DNA of 64,000 bases. Source: Psammoneis japonica. Its lineage: Eukaryota. Made by a program: the position numbers and the translations under genes. Location of the stretch: assembly GCA_008632985.1 (NCBI GenBank), contig QPGO01000041.1:372001-436000 (forward strand), in the 5' to 3' direction. Positions 62,900 to 64,000 of this stretch are shown in pieces (the stretch's first letter is position 1; each line of letters opens with the position of its first letter). The notes under the pieces were generated by a model. It saw only the letters and a list, made by a program, of their open reading frames with translations. It was not told the origin of the DNA and did no database searches.

Positions 62900-64000
62900 A
62901 GTCCCGCACGACAGCTCATCACTCATTTTCTTCGCGAACCGACGCGACCACCAACGACTGAACTTTCGTTCTGCCCATTCTCGCGGGACACCTTTGATTT
63001 TTGATGAGACTGCGCACCAGGGCATCTCCAGGCGCAGGGAGGCGGGGGTCTATCTGTGCGATTCTTCCCACACAATTTTTGTGCACCAGTCTTTGTGAAC
63101 CAGACCAAATGACCACAAGAACATCATTTGAAACTGACAAAAATTGAAGAGAAAGTGGGTGAAAGAAAACAACAACTCCTCACTGCTGTTTGTGTGGCAG
63201 ATGAGGCACCGGGATGACGAAGTGTGCATTTGTGCCCATGGGCAAAAAGTGCCCTGCCATGCAAAAGGCACACGGAAAACTGTGCCCTGCTGGGTGGTTT
63301 GCTTCTTCGCAGAGCGTGCCCGGCAAGCGATGAGTGCCAGCCACGTGCACAATCCCGCGTGCTCTGGAGGCCCTTTGACAGCAATTCCCTCCAACTCGAG
63401 TTTGTTTTCAAATCATCAAGAAAACACACAAGCAACCATGAGCCATGAGCTGCTCTCCTGCCCACTCCCACCCCTTCCACCAGCCACAACACAAAACACC
63501 TGCCAGTGCAGAAGAGTTGCTTGCATCGCACAGCAAAGAAGGCAATGACATTTTTGGCCTGATGGCTTCTCAAAAAGCACCTGCTGCTGGTGCAAGCAAC
63601 AAAAGGCTGCTGTTGTTACCAAGGCAGATGCACTGGCCGTCAGGTGGTGAAGGACATTTTTTGTGCTTCAGTTTCTTGGAGTGCATTTGTTTTGCCTGAA
63701 TTTGCCCTCAGTCATGTCATTTTGTTGAAGTCTGACTCTGTCATGCATTTTCAAATTAAATGCACTGGCACTCTTCAAAGGCAAACCTCTGGAAGGAGCA
63801 TTCAGCATTTTTGTTGCTCGTCAATCACCTGCATTGAGTGCCAACAAAACAAGTCATCCAAGGACAAAGCGTGGCGTGACTGCTGCAACGAATCAGTGAG
63901 CTCCAAGAATGATGCCATCAAGTTGGGAGTGGTGATGGAAAACATCATTTTGCTGTTGTTCCACAAAAGAAAATTGTGAAAAGATGCAGCTGGTGAGTGC
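62900..64000. other. Start of another TpA-depleted block
   Basis: TA nearly absent. CpG thins out with distance from the boundary. Confidence 0.8.

Noticed and set aside
1..64000. Classical RIP as the cause of the compositional blocks
   Set aside because: RIP increases TpA and depletes CpA/TpG; the opposite is seen.
1..64000. Alternative genetic code explaining Tyr-poor ORFs
   Set aside because: Intact genes use Tyr codons and TAA/TAG stops normally, and the depletion also affects non-coding DNA.

Overview
Eukaryotic nuclear DNA, most likely a diatom. This is inferred from short GT-AG introns, a plastid-targeted SQD1 with a signal-peptide/SAF cleavage motif, and DUF6824 and ShK-P4H proteins. 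The window alternates between two sequence states. (1) Gene islands of ordinary composition carry a DUF6824/CRAL-TRIO gene, a FUSC/ALMT-like transporter, SQD1, a P-loop orphan, a reprolysin-like metalloprotease, homoserine dehydrogenase, two ARM-like paralogs, a prolyl 4-hydroxylase, a small AAA+-like ATPase, a secreted TIM-barrel-like protein, LSG1 and a processive GT2. (2) Repeat and pseudogene blocks (about 1-8140, 8630-9300, 15060-18870, 28530-32700, 33050-33800, 45120-47750, 50130-52440, 53800-55690, 62900-64000) have lost nearly all TpA, and often CpG, in favour of TpG/CpA. The main observation is this TpA erasure. Paired copies and paralogs inside the window show TA>TG/CA changes (Tyr>His/Cys in proteins), and some blocks keep CpG while losing TpA. 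That suggests a region-targeted A:T>G:C hypermutation at TpA, opposite in direction to fungal RIP; the mechanism is inference only. Also seen: a TSD-flanked poly(A) insertion in the SQD1 signal peptide, a TA-flanked MITE, a local segmental duplication, and many 1-nt frameshifts in conserved genes that are probably assembly errors. All family calls come from reading motifs by eye; no searches were run.
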